Source: an uncultured Gemmatimonadaceae bacterium | GTDB lineage: Bacteria; Gemmatimonadota; Gemmatimonadetes; Gemmatimonadales; Gemmatimonadaceae | Assembly (NCBI GenBank): GCA_966096095.1 | Contig: CBHTUR010000018.1 | Location: 20,271 to 84,270 of the forward strand | Length of the DNA stretch: 64,000 nt | Direction of reading: 5' to 3' | The notes under the pieces: generated by a model | Databases searched by the model: none | What the model saw: only the letters and a program-made list of their open reading frames with translations | Told to the model about the DNA's origin: nothing | Part shown: piece by piece, positions 37,053 through 47,249 of the stretch | Position numbering within the stretch: the first letter of the stretch is position 1 | How the letters are laid out: each line of letters begins with the position of its first letter | Translations under genes and position numbers: made by a program

Positions 37053-38863
37053 ACGCGCGCACGAAGGGCGACGACACGATTCCGACGGAACGATCAGCAC
37101 TGGCGTGCGTGCTGCTCGCGGTCGATCCGACCGGCCTGGGCGGTGTGCTGCTCGATCATCCGCTGCACGATGTCGTGCGTAACCTGTCCTCGGCCATCCA
37201 ACGTCTCTTGCCAGCCGGTGCGCCGCTGCGGAGACTTCCGGTCGGTGTGAGCGCCGACCGACTTATTGGTGGAATTGATCTCGCCGCCACACTGCATCGC
37301 GGTACGCTGGTCGCCGAGCGCGGCGTCTTGTCTGCCGCCGACGGAGGTGTGGTAATCGTGCCCATGGTCGAGCGTGCGACGGTTGCCGTTCGCACCACAC
37401 TGTGCGAAGTGCTCGATAGTGGCGCCGTGCACGTAGCCCGCGAGGGAATTGCGGATCGCCACGACGCACGCGTGGTTGCGGTCCTGCAGGACGAGTCTGT
37501 CGACGACGAATTCGTACATCCCGCCCTTGTTGATCGGGTCGCCTTTCGACTGGTGCCGGACGCCGAGCACATTGCCGCGTTGCATACCACGCTCTTCGCC
37601 ACCGGTGGCGCGTCCATGGCGCCGCTGCAGTGGCGTGTGCGCGAAGCGCGCCAGCGCGTACCAATGGTCACGCTCGACGATTCATGGATTATCGCGCTGT
37701 GTAACACGGCCGCGTTGTTTGGCGTCGACTCCGTGCGGGCCACGATGTTTGCGCTGCGCTGCGCACGTGCGCACGCGTCTCTGCACGGTCGTCTGGTCGT
37801 TAACAGCGACGACGCCGAGGTCGCGGCCCAACTGGTGTTGGCGCCGCGGGCGACTCGGTTGCCGCCGCCCGTCGATGAACAAGCGCCCGACGATCAACCG
37901 TCGGAGCACTCGCCGCCGCCATCGCCAAGCGATCGACCAGCGTCGGAGCATGAAGCGGAGCCGGAGCCGCCGCGCGAGGGCGGTGAGATTCTGCGCGAGG
38001 CCGTCGCAGCCGCGCTGCCGCAGGGGTTGCTGCAGCAACTGCTCGAGCGCGCCAATATCGGATCGACATCGGGACGCGCCGGTGCCGAAGAACAGAACAT
38101 GTTGCGCGGCCGTCCACGCGGAGCGCGGAGCGGATTGCCGCGCGGAGGCGCACGGTTGCATTTGCTCGAGACCCTGCGCGCGGCGGCTCCGTGGCAGCGC
38201 GCGCGAAAGTCGGCCGCATCGCGCGCGCGCGTGACGGTGCGTCGCGAAGACTTTCGGATTCGGCGGTTTATCGAGAAGACGGGAACTACCGTGCATTTCG
38301 TGGTCGATGCATCGGGAAGCGCGGCTGTCCATCGTCTCGGTGAGGCGAAGGGCGCCGTTGAATTGCTTCTGGCCGAAAGCTACGCGAGGCGGGATCGCGT
38401 GAGCCTTCTGGCATTCCGCGGCACTGCAACGGAAATCTTGCTCCCGCCCACGCGCGCACTCGCGCGCGCCCGTCGCGTGCTGGCTGCGCTGCCCGGCGGT
38501 GGCGGAACGCCCTTGGCCGCGGCAATCGACGCGGCCGCCCAGCAGGGCATCGAGACGCGGCGCGGAGGAAGCGCGCCGTTAGTGGTGTTTCTCACCGACG
38601 CGCGGGCCAACATCGCGCGCGATGGCACACCGGGACGCGCGCGGGCGGAGCAGGACGCATTGCAGTCGGCTCGCCAGTTTGCATCGCTCAAAATTCCGGC
38701 GATGTTCGTCGACACCTCACCGCGCGGCGAGCCGCTCGCACGTCGCGTGGCCGACGCAATGCACGCGCGATACGTATTTCTGCCGACGGCCGACGCGAAA
38801 GCACTCGGGGGCCTCGTCAGGACGGCCATTCAATTGGCCGATGGCGGTGCGTCACGCCCATGA
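37049..38863 (+). CDS. bchD: Magnesium chelatase subunit D
   Basis: Degenerate AAA domain, Pro/acidic linker, TLRAAAPWQ, VWA domain (FVVDASGS, GGGTPLA, TDARANI); GTGA overlap with bchI. Confidence 0.93.
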   Translation: MNARTKGDDTIPTERSALACVLLAVDPTGLGGVLLDHPLHDVVRNLSSAIQRLLPAGAPLRRLPVGVSADRLIGGIDLAATLHRGTLVAERGVLSAADGGVVIVPMVERATVAVRTTLCEVLDSGAVHVAREGIADRHDARVVAVLQDESVDDEFVHPALVDRVAFRLVPDAEHIAALHTTLFATGGASMAPLQWRVREARQRVPMVTLDDSWIIALCNTAALFGVDSVRATMFALRCARAHASLHGRLVVNSDDAEVAAQLVLAPRATRLPPPVDEQAPDDQPSEHSPPPSPSDRPASEHEAEPEPPREGGEILREAVAAALPQGLLQQLLERANIGSTSGRAGAEEQNMLRGRPRGARSGLPRGGARLHLLETLRAAAPWQRARKSAASRARVTVRREDFRIRRFIEKTGTTVHFVVDASGSAAVHRLGEAKGAVELLLAESYARRDRVSLLAFRGTATEILLPPTRALARARRVLAALPGGGGTPLAAAIDAAAQQGIETRRGGSAPLVVFLTDARANIARDGTPGRARAEQDALQSARQFASLKIPAMFVDTSPRGEPLARRVADAMHARYVFLPTADAKALGGLVRTAIQLADGGASRP

Positions 38864-39705
38864 CAAGCGCAACACTCGCTCTGTTGCGCGCTCGTCGCGC
38901 AACCGCTGCTCACGGAGTCGATATCGCGACGCGCGAAACGGCGGCGCGTGTGTTCATGCGCTCGGTGTTCGCTGTCGTGTTTTTCTGGTGGTCGGCAACT
39001 GGCGTGATCTTCGCCCTCGAACGCGGCGCGAGCACACGCACCGGTGGATTGGTTCTCGCCACCGTGCTCGCCGTGTGGGCGGCGTGGCTGCTGTACGCCG
39101 AACGAGATGTCGAGACGCCGTCGGGCGTTCGACGCGGATTTATCGGCGCCGCATTTCTCTGGACCTGGGTGCAAGTGCTGTTTTATGGCGGATGGCTAGT
39201 CGGTCCGCCCACGCTTGCAGTGTCAATTCCGGCCGAAATCCCCTCGCTATCGCTCGCTATTCGCGCGGTGCTCGCGATGTTGTGGTATCAGTTGGCGATG
39301 TTACTGGTACTCGGCGTGGCGGCCGTACTGGTCGCGCGCCGCGCCAATCGAATTGGTTGGTGGGCGTTGCTCGTATTCTGGTGCAGTCACCAGTTAGCAA
39401 GCATCAACATCTTCCTTGGCGTCGAGAATCCCGGTCGTGGATTCTTTCCCGACGGAGTCACCTTTCTCGAATCGTATTTCGGACCTCAGCGCAACTCGTG
39501 GTTGCTGCCGCTAAGCGTGGCGATTCTGCTCATGTTTACCCTGCGTGCGGGCGTACACGCGTTGCGGGACGCCACGCCGATGCGACGGCAAACGATGATG
39601 CTGTTGATGGTACTGGGCGCACTAGGCGCGCTGGAACTGGCTGTGCTCGGCACGCCGGTGAATCTGGCGCTCTGGGACTGGTTTCTCGCCTTGCGCGGAT
39701 ACTAG
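38860..39705 (+). CDS. puhE: Putative photosynthetic complex assembly protein PuhE (DUF3623-like)
   Basis: Multi-TM protein; FFWWSATGVI, SHQLASINIFLGV, FLESYF, LGALELAVL..P....LW.W; last gene of the PGC. Confidence 0.75.
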   Translation: MTSATLALLRARRATAAHGVDIATRETAARVFMRSVFAVVFFWWSATGVIFALERGASTRTGGLVLATVLAVWAAWLLYAERDVETPSGVRRGFIGAAFLWTWVQVLFYGGWLVGPPTLAVSIPAEIPSLSLAIRAVLAMLWYQLAMLLVLGVAAVLVARRANRIGWWALLVFWCSHQLASINIFLGVENPGRGFFPDGVTFLESYFGPQRNSWLLPLSVAILLMFTLRAGVHALRDATPMRRQTMMLLMVLGALGALELAVLGTPVNLALWDWFLALRGY

Positions 39706-39716
39706 ACGAGCGCACG

Positions 39717-40967
39717 CTACTCGTAGCGCAGCGCTTCGATCGGGTCGAGGTGCGCCGCACGGCGTGCCGGAATGAGACCGAATACAATTCCGATGCTCAC
39801 TGACACCACGACTGCAATCAAGGTCAGCGTGATGGGCACGGGCGCATCCACGCTGAGCGCCATTGACGCGACGCGACCGAACGCCAGCCCGACGGCGATG
39901 CCAATCGCGCCGCCGATGCCGGTCAATGTGGCGGCCTCAATCAGAAACTGCTGCAGAATGTCACGGCGCGTTGCGCCGAGCGCTTTGCGCACACCGATTT
40001 CGCGCGTGCGACTGGTGACCGACACGGTCATGATCGCCATCACTCCGATGCCGCCCACTAGCAGCGCGACTCCGGAGAGCACAATCATCACGAGAAAGAA
40101 CACGCCGGTCATGCTGTTGAATGTGTCGAGCACCTGGTCTTGCGTGACCAGGTCAAACGTGCTGCCGTCGGCTGGATGCAACCCGCGCATTTCGCGTAGC
40201 GCCATTGTTACCGCGCCCTCGGCGTCGGCCACGCTCACTCCGGTGCGCGGCTTCACTGGAATCCACAACGCGTTCGTCCGATCGATCTGGAATTGATGAT
40301 CCATCGTGCGATAGGGTAGGACCGCACCAACCTCTTGCCCCGGCGGCGCAAAGATGTTCGCCGGCTCCACCCAGATACCGATGACCGCGCACGGGCGTCC
40401 ACCAATTCTCACCCAGCGACCAAGCGCCTGCTCGCGGCCGAACAAACGGAACGCCGTCTTCTCCTGCAACACCACCACTGCGGCGCCGGAGAGTAGTTCG
40501 TTTCGCGTGAACCAGCGTCCGCTTTGTAATTCGCCGCCCTGAATTTCCGTAAAGCGATCGTCCGCACCGAAGACAGCCAACGGCTGTGAACGAACGCCGT
40601 CGGCGTCGATACGCGCGAGCGTTTGCGCCCACAGCGCCGCATAGCCGATCTCGGGGAGTCGGCGAATGCGATCGGCTTCCTGCTCGGTCAAATCGGGACG
40701 AATTCGAACGTCCTTTGGCAGGTTGTCCGGATTGAGCGGTGTTGTCGCGAACTTCTTCATCACGTAGAACGTTGTCGGCCCAGCGACCTCGATGGTATGT
40801 ACGATCTGATCGCGAATGCCTTGCACGATCGCGGCCATGGCCATGACAGTGGCAACTCCAATGACCACGCCGAGAATCGTGAGCGACGAGCGCAGCTTGC
40901 TCACGCGCAACGCGTCGATCGCAATGCGAACGTTTTCCGTTAACGCTTCAATCGCCGGCCTCGACAT
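39717..40967 (-). CDS. MacB/FtsX-family ABC permease P8 (B-type, divergent)
   Basis: RSSLTILGVVIGV, GGIGVMAIM.VSVTSRTREIGVRKALGA, ends LDPIEALRYE. Confidence 0.92.
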   Translation of the reverse strand: MSRPAIEALTENVRIAIDALRVSKLRSSLTILGVVIGVATVMAMAAIVQGIRDQIVHTIEVAGPTTFYVMKKFATTPLNPDNLPKDVRIRPDLTEQEADRIRRLPEIGYAALWAQTLARIDADGVRSQPLAVFGADDRFTEIQGGELQSGRWFTRNELLSGAAVVVLQEKTAFRLFGREQALGRWVRIGGRPCAVIGIWVEPANIFAPPGQEVGAVLPYRTMDHQFQIDRTNALWIPVKPRTGVSVADAEGAVTMALREMRGLHPADGSTFDLVTQDQVLDTFNSMTGVFFLVMIVLSGVALLVGGIGVMAIMTVSVTSRTREIGVRKALGATRRDILQQFLIEAATLTGIGGAIGIAVGLAFGRVASMALSVDAPVPITLTLIAVVVSVSIGIVFGLIPARRAAHLDPIEALRYE

Positions 40968-42212
40968 TCAGGTCTCGGCGCGCATGGCGGTGATCGGATC
41001 GAGCTTCGCCGCGCGCGACGCGGGATACACTCCAAAGAGAACGCCGATACCCGCACCAAGGCCGAGCGCGAGCGCGACGGACCACATCGTCACGCGCGCG
41101 GGAAGCGGCGACACCGTCGAGATGAGCAGGGCGAGCGACCATCCGGCCCCCACTCCAAGCAGTCCGCCAAGGGCGGCGAGTGCAACCGATTCGGCAAGGA
41201 ACTGTCGACGTACGTCGGCCGACGTCGCCCCGACAGCTTTACGCAGGCCGATCTCGTGCGTGCGTTCGGTGACGGCCATGAGCATGATGTTCATGATGAC
41301 GATGCCGCCCACGAGGATGCCGATGGCGACGACCGCTGGCACCACGGCAAAGAGCACGCGGGTGAGCTGCTTCCAGAAATCGACTAACGCATCGGCGGTA
41401 CCGACATCGAAGTTGTTGGGATCGCCCGGACGGAGACCACGGGCAATGCGCATAGCTTCTTCGGCACGCGCCATTGCGGGTGCAACCGCAGCGGCATCGT
41501 TCACCTTCACGGAAATCGTCGTCGCCTGACGCCGACCGTACAGCGCTTCGAACGCGGTGATCGGCATAAGCGCGAAGCCGTCGAACGACTGGCCCAACAC
41601 ACGTCCTTTGCGGGCGACAACGCCGATGATGGTGAAGCGTTGTCCCATTAAACGCACTTCCTGTTCGATCGGACTTACCCCGTCAAACAGCTTCGAGGCT
41701 ACATCGGCGCCAACCACAATCACATTGCGTCGTTCGCGAACTTCGACGTCGCTCAGCGGTCGGCCTGCGGTGAACTTGTAGTCCTGAACGATCTGGTACC
41801 CGGCAGTCACGCCGAACACCAGCACATCGCCGAGCGTGCGATTGCGCCAGACCATATCGGCCTGCGGTGTGGGCCAGCCTGACTGCAGGCTGATCGCTAC
41901 CGCATCGGGCAAGGCGTTTCGCACGGCTTCGGCGTCTTGCTCGTTGACGCGCGGCCGACGCTGCAGCGAGCGGAATTCATCGTCGTTGAAGAGTCCCAGA
42001 CTGATCGGAAGCCGGCGAACCTGAAACGTGTTCATACCGATCATCGCGTCGGCGATGTTCTCTTTGACGTACGCGTTCATGCCTTGAATGATGGCAACGA
42101 CCGCGACCAGAAAGCCGACCGATACAACAATGCCGAGCAACGTGAACGCCGTCCGCAGCGGATTGGTGCGCAACTGCAGCACGCTCAGACGAATCACGTC
42201 GATGAAACGCAT
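40968..42212 (-). CDS. MacB/FtsX-family ABC permease P7 (A-type, divergent)
   Basis: RTAFTLLGI, GGIVIMNIMLMAVTERTHEIGLRKAVGA, ends LDPITAMRAET. Confidence 0.92.
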   Translation of the reverse strand: MRFIDVIRLSVLQLRTNPLRTAFTLLGIVVSVGFLVAVVAIIQGMNAYVKENIADAMIGMNTFQVRRLPISLGLFNDDEFRSLQRRPRVNEQDAEAVRNALPDAVAISLQSGWPTPQADMVWRNRTLGDVLVFGVTAGYQIVQDYKFTAGRPLSDVEVRERRNVIVVGADVASKLFDGVSPIEQEVRLMGQRFTIIGVVARKGRVLGQSFDGFALMPITAFEALYGRRQATTISVKVNDAAAVAPAMARAEEAMRIARGLRPGDPNNFDVGTADALVDFWKQLTRVLFAVVPAVVAIGILVGGIVIMNIMLMAVTERTHEIGLRKAVGATSADVRRQFLAESVALAALGGLLGVGAGWSLALLISTVSPLPARVTMWSVALALGLGAGIGVLFGVYPASRAAKLDPITAMRAET

Positions 42213-42218
42213 AGACTC

Positions 42219-43475
42219 CTACTCGTACCGCAGCGCTTCGACCGGATCGAGATTGGACGCGCGAATCGCCGGGAGCATACCGAATGCCACGCCGGTGAGT
42301 GCGCTCGCACCGAGAGCCGTGATCACGATACTGGCCGGCAGGGCAGCCGGAATACTGGTGTTCGCGCGAATCACCCAAGCCAGCAGCGCGCCGATACCGA
42401 GGCCGATCATTGCGCCGATTGAAGTCAGTGTGGCGGCTTCGACCAGGAACTGCCAGCGAATCGTACCCGCCGTTGCGCCCAGCGCTTTCCGCACGCCGAT
42501 CTCACGAGTGCGCTCGGTGACGGAGATCATCATGATGGCCACCACGCCCACGCCGCCAACGAGCAGCGCAACAGCCGACAGCGCCAAGCCGACGGCAAAG
42601 ATCGCGCTGAACAACTGGTTGAAGGTGTCCATGATGCGGTCCTGCGTGACCAGATAAAACGTTGGCCGCATGCCCGGCTTGAGGCCGCGACGTGCCCGCA
42701 TTGCTGCCATGACTTCGTCCATGACTTCGCTCTGGGCGCCAGTCGCGAATGGACGGACCATCAGGGTGAGGCCGCCCTTCCATACGTCGAGCGTGCGAAT
42801 CGCGGTCTGCAGCGGAATGATCGCGCGCGGCGTGTCCGGCCCTTTTCCTTCGAGCGACTTGAGAAAACCGGCCTTCGGTTGGTAGACGCCAATCACGTGA
42901 AACTGATTGCCGTTGATCATGATGTCCTTGCCGATTGGCTCGGACTCACCGAAGAGCTGCGTTTTCAGGGTGTCGTTAATCAGAACCACCGGTGCGCCGG
43001 CGTCGTGCTCGGATTTGGTGAAGTTGCGTCCGGGCTGAATGTCCGACGCATCGACCTCTGGCCACTCCGTGCTGTACGCATCGTAGCCGACGTTGTCGAC
43101 CCGGCTGTTCTTGTAGGCGAAATTTCCGCTGCCCCCAAGCACGCCAATGGAGGATGCCACACCGGGAAGTCGCTTGATCATTTCCCATTCGTCAAACGAA
43201 ATGGGCGGATTGCGACGGTCGGGACATTTCTCGTCGGTGCCGTCGCACGAGCTCAGATCGGGACTGCGTCGCTGCACGATGAACGTCGTCGCGCCGATCT
43301 CCTCAAGATCCTGCTGAAACGACTGTCGGATACCGTTGACCACGGAGCCCATCGCCACCACGACAAAGACGCCGATCGCGACGCCGGCAATGGTCAACGC
43401 GGCACGCACTTTGTTGGTGCGTATGGCCTCGACCGCCATGCCGATGCCTTCAAACACGAGTAGTAGTCGGTTCAC
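42219..43475 (-). CDS. MacB/FtsX-family ABC permease P6 (B-type)
   Basis: NKVRAALTI.GVAIGVFVVV, CDGTDEKC, GGVGVVAIMMISVTERTREIG, ends LDPVEALRYE; GTG 43475. Confidence 0.92.
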   Translation of the reverse strand: MNRLLLVFEGIGMAVEAIRTNKVRAALTIAGVAIGVFVVVAMGSVVNGIRQSFQQDLEEIGATTFIVQRRSPDLSSCDGTDEKCPDRRNPPISFDEWEMIKRLPGVASSIGVLGGSGNFAYKNSRVDNVGYDAYSTEWPEVDASDIQPGRNFTKSEHDAGAPVVLINDTLKTQLFGESEPIGKDIMINGNQFHVIGVYQPKAGFLKSLEGKGPDTPRAIIPLQTAIRTLDVWKGGLTLMVRPFATGAQSEVMDEVMAAMRARRGLKPGMRPTFYLVTQDRIMDTFNQLFSAIFAVGLALSAVALLVGGVGVVAIMMISVTERTREIGVRKALGATAGTIRWQFLVEAATLTSIGAMIGLGIGALLAWVIRANTSIPAALPASIVITALGASALTGVAFGMLPAIRASNLDPVEALRYE

Positions 43476-43479
43476 GCGG

Positions 43480-44721
43480 TTACTCCTGGCGCAGGGCGGC
43501 GATGGGGTCGAGCTGCGAAGCGCGACTGGCCGGATACATCCCGGCGGCGATGCCCACCGTTGCCCCGGTGACGAGGGCTGCTGCAATCGACCATGGCGCC
43601 ACAGCGGCCGGCAGCGGCGTGAGCGTGGAGATCAGTTTCGCCAACGCGATTCCCAAGGTGATGCCGATGGCCGCACCGAGCGTACTGAGTGTCGCGGCTT
43701 CGACGAGAAACTGTGAGAGAATGTCTGAGCGCCTGGCGCCAAGAGCTTTTCGCACGCCGATTTCGCGGGTGCGTTCTGCGACCGCCACGAGCATGATGTT
43801 CATGATGACCATCGCGCCGACAACCAGGCTGATGGCTGGCAGCGCGGTGCCGAACAACACGAGTCGGCCTTTGAGCTGATTGATGAAGCCGAAGGCGGCA
43901 TCCTGAGTGATCAGTCCGAAGTTGTCCGGCTCGCCCGCCTTCAGTCCGCGAAGGGAGCGAAGCGCCGAACGTGCTGCCTCCATTCCTTCTGCCAGATCTT
44001 GCTGCCGCGGCGCTTGCACGATGAGCGAAGACACATCGCGTTGCGGGCGAATAATGCGCCCCATCGGCGAGGAATACGGCGCGATTGCCAGTCGGTCGAG
44101 CGAAAAACCAAAGACAGATCCTTGCTTTTCGATCACGCCGATGACGGTGAACGGCACGCCGGCAACACGAAGCTGGCGTCCTTCCGGATTCAGGCCCGGA
44201 AAGAAATGCTCCGCGACTTCAACACCGATTACCAGGACCGGTGAACCCGCGCGCACTTCCTGGTCGGTGAACGCGCGTCCTTGTGTGACGGCGAATTTCT
44301 TGATTTCGAAGTAGTTCGCATCGGTGGCCACCGACTGAACCTGACGCGGGCGAGCACCGGCGGCAGATGCGTACTTAAACGACTCGCTGGCGATGCTCGA
44401 CTTCATCGTGGCCGGAAGCGCCGCCCGAACGGCTTCAACGTCGGTCATTCGCAAGAGCGGTCGCCGGGCGGCCGCCCGCGCATCGAAGCCGCGATTGCCG
44501 CCTGGTCCGACGTTGTCAAAGCGGCGCAGCGTGAACGTGTTGGCACCAATCAGTCGCGCGGCGAAATCCTCTTCGACGTAGCGACTCATGCCTTCAACGA
44601 TCGAGACGACGGCGATCAGGAACATCACGCCGATCATCACGCCGAGGAGCGTAAAGAAGCTCTTTAGCTTCTGAACACGGAGCTGCGACAGGGCAAGGCC
44701 GAATGCATCACGGGTATTCAC
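43480..44721 (-). CDS. MacB/FtsX-family ABC permease P5 (A-type)
   Basis: RVQKLKSFFTLLGV, GAMVIMNIMLVAVAERTREIG, ends LDPIAALRQE. Confidence 0.92.
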   Translation of the reverse strand: MNTRDAFGLALSQLRVQKLKSFFTLLGVMIGVMFLIAVVSIVEGMSRYVEEDFAARLIGANTFTLRRFDNVGPGGNRGFDARAAARRPLLRMTDVEAVRAALPATMKSSIASESFKYASAAGARPRQVQSVATDANYFEIKKFAVTQGRAFTDQEVRAGSPVLVIGVEVAEHFFPGLNPEGRQLRVAGVPFTVIGVIEKQGSVFGFSLDRLAIAPYSSPMGRIIRPQRDVSSLIVQAPRQQDLAEGMEAARSALRSLRGLKAGEPDNFGLITQDAAFGFINQLKGRLVLFGTALPAISLVVGAMVIMNIMLVAVAERTREIGVRKALGARRSDILSQFLVEAATLSTLGAAIGITLGIALAKLISTLTPLPAAVAPWSIAAALVTGATVGIAAGMYPASRASQLDPIAALRQE

Positions 44722-44743
44722 CCTGCAAAGTTAACGCCCGGTC

Positions 44744-46009
44744 TTATTCGTGCCGTAGGGCTTCTACCGGATCCAGACGCGAGGCGCGCAGGGCGGGGAG
44801 CATGCCGAACACCACACCGGTCCCGATGCTCGCGATGAGGGCGGTCAGCACGGCAGACCCAGGTATCGAGGTGGGCACGGGTGTGTTGACGCGCACGACC
44901 CAGGCCAAAATCGCCCCGACGATCAGCCCAACGGACGCGCCAATGCTCGTCAGTGTGGCCGCCTCCACCAGGAACTGCCAGAGAATCGTGCCTCGCGTGG
45001 CGCCCAGCGCTTTGCGGACGCCGATTTCTCGGGTGCGCTCCGTTACCGAGATCATCATGATGGCCACGACGCCCACGCCGCCAACCATCAGCGCGACGGC
45101 CGACAGGGCGAGGCCGACCATGAAAATTGCGCCGAAGAGCTGGTCGAAAGTTTGAATCATGCGGTCGGACGCGACAAGCGCGAAGTTATTCGGCGCGCCT
45201 GGCTTGAGGCCGCGGCGGCCACGCAGGAGCTCCGTGACCGCATCCATCACTTCCGACTGCGGCACGCCATCGCGCGGCTTGGTCATGATCATCAGGCCGC
45301 GTCGCCAGACGTCGAGATGGCGATAGGCCGTCATCATTGGCAAAATGGCCCGTGGCTTATCCGGTCCGCGGCCGTCGAGCGTCTTCAGGAATCCGGCCTT
45401 GGTGTGGAAGACGCCGATCACGCTGAACTGCTTGCCCTCGATATCGATTTGCTTGCCGATCGGATCGGAATCGCCAAAGAGTCGCGCCTTCAGCGTGTCG
45501 TTGATGACGGCAACTTGCGCTCCGGCGTCGTGTTCTGACTGCGAAAAGCTGCGGCCCGGCGAAATGTCCGCGACGTCGGTCTTGATCCAGTCCGTGCTTT
45601 GCGCGTCGTAGCCGACGTTCTTCACATGCCGGTCTTTGTAGTCGAAGTCGGCCTGGCCGGACAACCACGCGGTCGCCGTTTCGACCGCCGGCAAGCGGCG
45701 AATCGAGGCCCATTCGTCGAGTGTAATCGCCGGATTCTTGCGGTCGGGGCAGGTGTCGTCGGTACCATCGCATGAGTTGAAGCCTACGCCGCGGCGTCGC
45801 ACCTGAAATGCGGTGGCTCCGAACTCGTCGAGATCAGACTGAAAACTGCGTTTGATGCCGTGCACTGTCGCGCCCATCGCGACCACGACGAACACGCCGA
45901 TGGCGACGCCGCCAATGGTGAGCAGCGCGCGTACCTTGTTGGCGCGCATGGCATCGACGGCCATCCCAATACCTTCGAGCGCCATCGCGAGCCGATCGAC
46001 GAGTCGCAT
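44744..46009 (-). CDS. MacB/FtsX-family ABC permease P4 (B-type)
   Basis: NKVRALLTIGGVAIGVFVVV, CDGTDDTC, ends LDPVEALRHE; ATG 46009. Confidence 0.92.
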   Translation of the reverse strand: MRLVDRLAMALEGIGMAVDAMRANKVRALLTIGGVAIGVFVVVAMGATVHGIKRSFQSDLDEFGATAFQVRRRGVGFNSCDGTDDTCPDRKNPAITLDEWASIRRLPAVETATAWLSGQADFDYKDRHVKNVGYDAQSTDWIKTDVADISPGRSFSQSEHDAGAQVAVINDTLKARLFGDSDPIGKQIDIEGKQFSVIGVFHTKAGFLKTLDGRGPDKPRAILPMMTAYRHLDVWRRGLMIMTKPRDGVPQSEVMDAVTELLRGRRGLKPGAPNNFALVASDRMIQTFDQLFGAIFMVGLALSAVALMVGGVGVVAIMMISVTERTREIGVRKALGATRGTILWQFLVEAATLTSIGASVGLIVGAILAWVVRVNTPVPTSIPGSAVLTALIASIGTGVVFGMLPALRASRLDPVEALRHE

Positions 46010-46013
46010 CGAG

Positions 46014-47249
46014 CTACTCCTGCCGCAGCGCGGCGATGGGATCCAAGCGCGCCGCGCGGCTGGCGGGATAGATACCGGCCGCGATACCAACGCCCGCGCC
46101 AACTACGAGCGCCGCGAGAATTGACCATGGTGCGACAGCCGCTGGTAGCGGCGTCGTTGCCGCGATGATCGCGGCGAGCGCGATGCCGAGGCCAATGCCG
46201 ACGGCGGCGCCAACCACGCTGAGCGTGGCCGACTCGACCAGGAACTGCGACATGATATCGCGGCGTCGCGCGCCCAAGGCCTTACGCACGCCGATTTCCG
46301 CCGTGCGTTCTGCCACGGCCACCAGCATGATGTTCATGATGACCATCGCGCCAACCACCAGTCCGATTGCCGGCAGCGCCGTACCAAACAGCACCATCTT
46401 GGACTTGAGCCCGGCGAAGAACGACATCGCTTCGTCTTGCGTTTCGAGCGCAAAGTTGTCGGGCCGACCGGGAGGAAGTTTGCGGTTGGCGCGCAGCACT
46501 TCCCGCGCCGCGTCCATGCCGTCGACCACCAGATCGGCCGTCGGCGCCTGCACGATCATGCTCTCGATGTCGCCCCTCGGTCGAATGACGCGGAGCAGGG
46601 GACTGGTGTACGGCGCGATGGCCAGCCGATCAAGCGAAAACCCAAATACCGTACCCTGCTTTTCAATGATGCCGATGACTTCGTAGGGCACTCCTCCAAT
46701 GCGCAACTCGCGACCGATCGGATCGAGCCCTTTGAAGAAGTGCGACGCGACCTCCACGCCGATCACGATGACACGTGAGCCGGCGTTCACTTCCTGAGGC
46801 CCGAACGCTCGCCCGCGCTCAAGATTGAACTTCTTAATCGTGAAGTACGAGGCTTCGGTGGCCACCGCCTGCACTTGACGCGGCCGATTGAACGGCGAGT
46901 TCGCGTTGACAAACGTCTCGCTCGTGATGGCGGACTGCGATCCGGGCGGGAGCGCCGTGCGCACCAGTTCGGCGTCGACCGGATAAAGCCGCGGACGGCG
47001 CATGATTTCGCGCCAGTCGAGATTGTCGTCGGTGTTGAAGTCGTTCCACCGACGTAGCGTAAACGTGTTCACGCCAAACAGTTTTCCGGCAAAATCGTTC
47101 TCGACGTAGCGGCTCATGCCTTCGACAATCGACACAACCGCGATGAGAAACATGACGCCGATGGTGACGCCGATGAGCGTAAAGAAGCTTTTAAGCTTCT
47201 GCACGCGCAGGGTGTTCAACGCCAGCCGGACCGCCTCGTAAAGGGGCAT
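46014..47249 (-). CDS. MacB/FtsX-family ABC permease P3 (A-type)
   Basis: RVQKLKSFFTLIGV, ends LDPIAALRQE; ATG 47249 overlaps the P2 stop (TAATG). Confidence 0.92.
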   Translation of the reverse strand: MPLYEAVRLALNTLRVQKLKSFFTLIGVTIGVMFLIAVVSIVEGMSRYVENDFAGKLFGVNTFTLRRWNDFNTDDNLDWREIMRRPRLYPVDAELVRTALPPGSQSAITSETFVNANSPFNRPRQVQAVATEASYFTIKKFNLERGRAFGPQEVNAGSRVIVIGVEVASHFFKGLDPIGRELRIGGVPYEVIGIIEKQGTVFGFSLDRLAIAPYTSPLLRVIRPRGDIESMIVQAPTADLVVDGMDAAREVLRANRKLPPGRPDNFALETQDEAMSFFAGLKSKMVLFGTALPAIGLVVGAMVIMNIMLVAVAERTAEIGVRKALGARRRDIMSQFLVESATLSVVGAAVGIGLGIALAAIIAATTPLPAAVAPWSILAALVVGAGVGIAAGIYPASRAARLDPIAALRQE

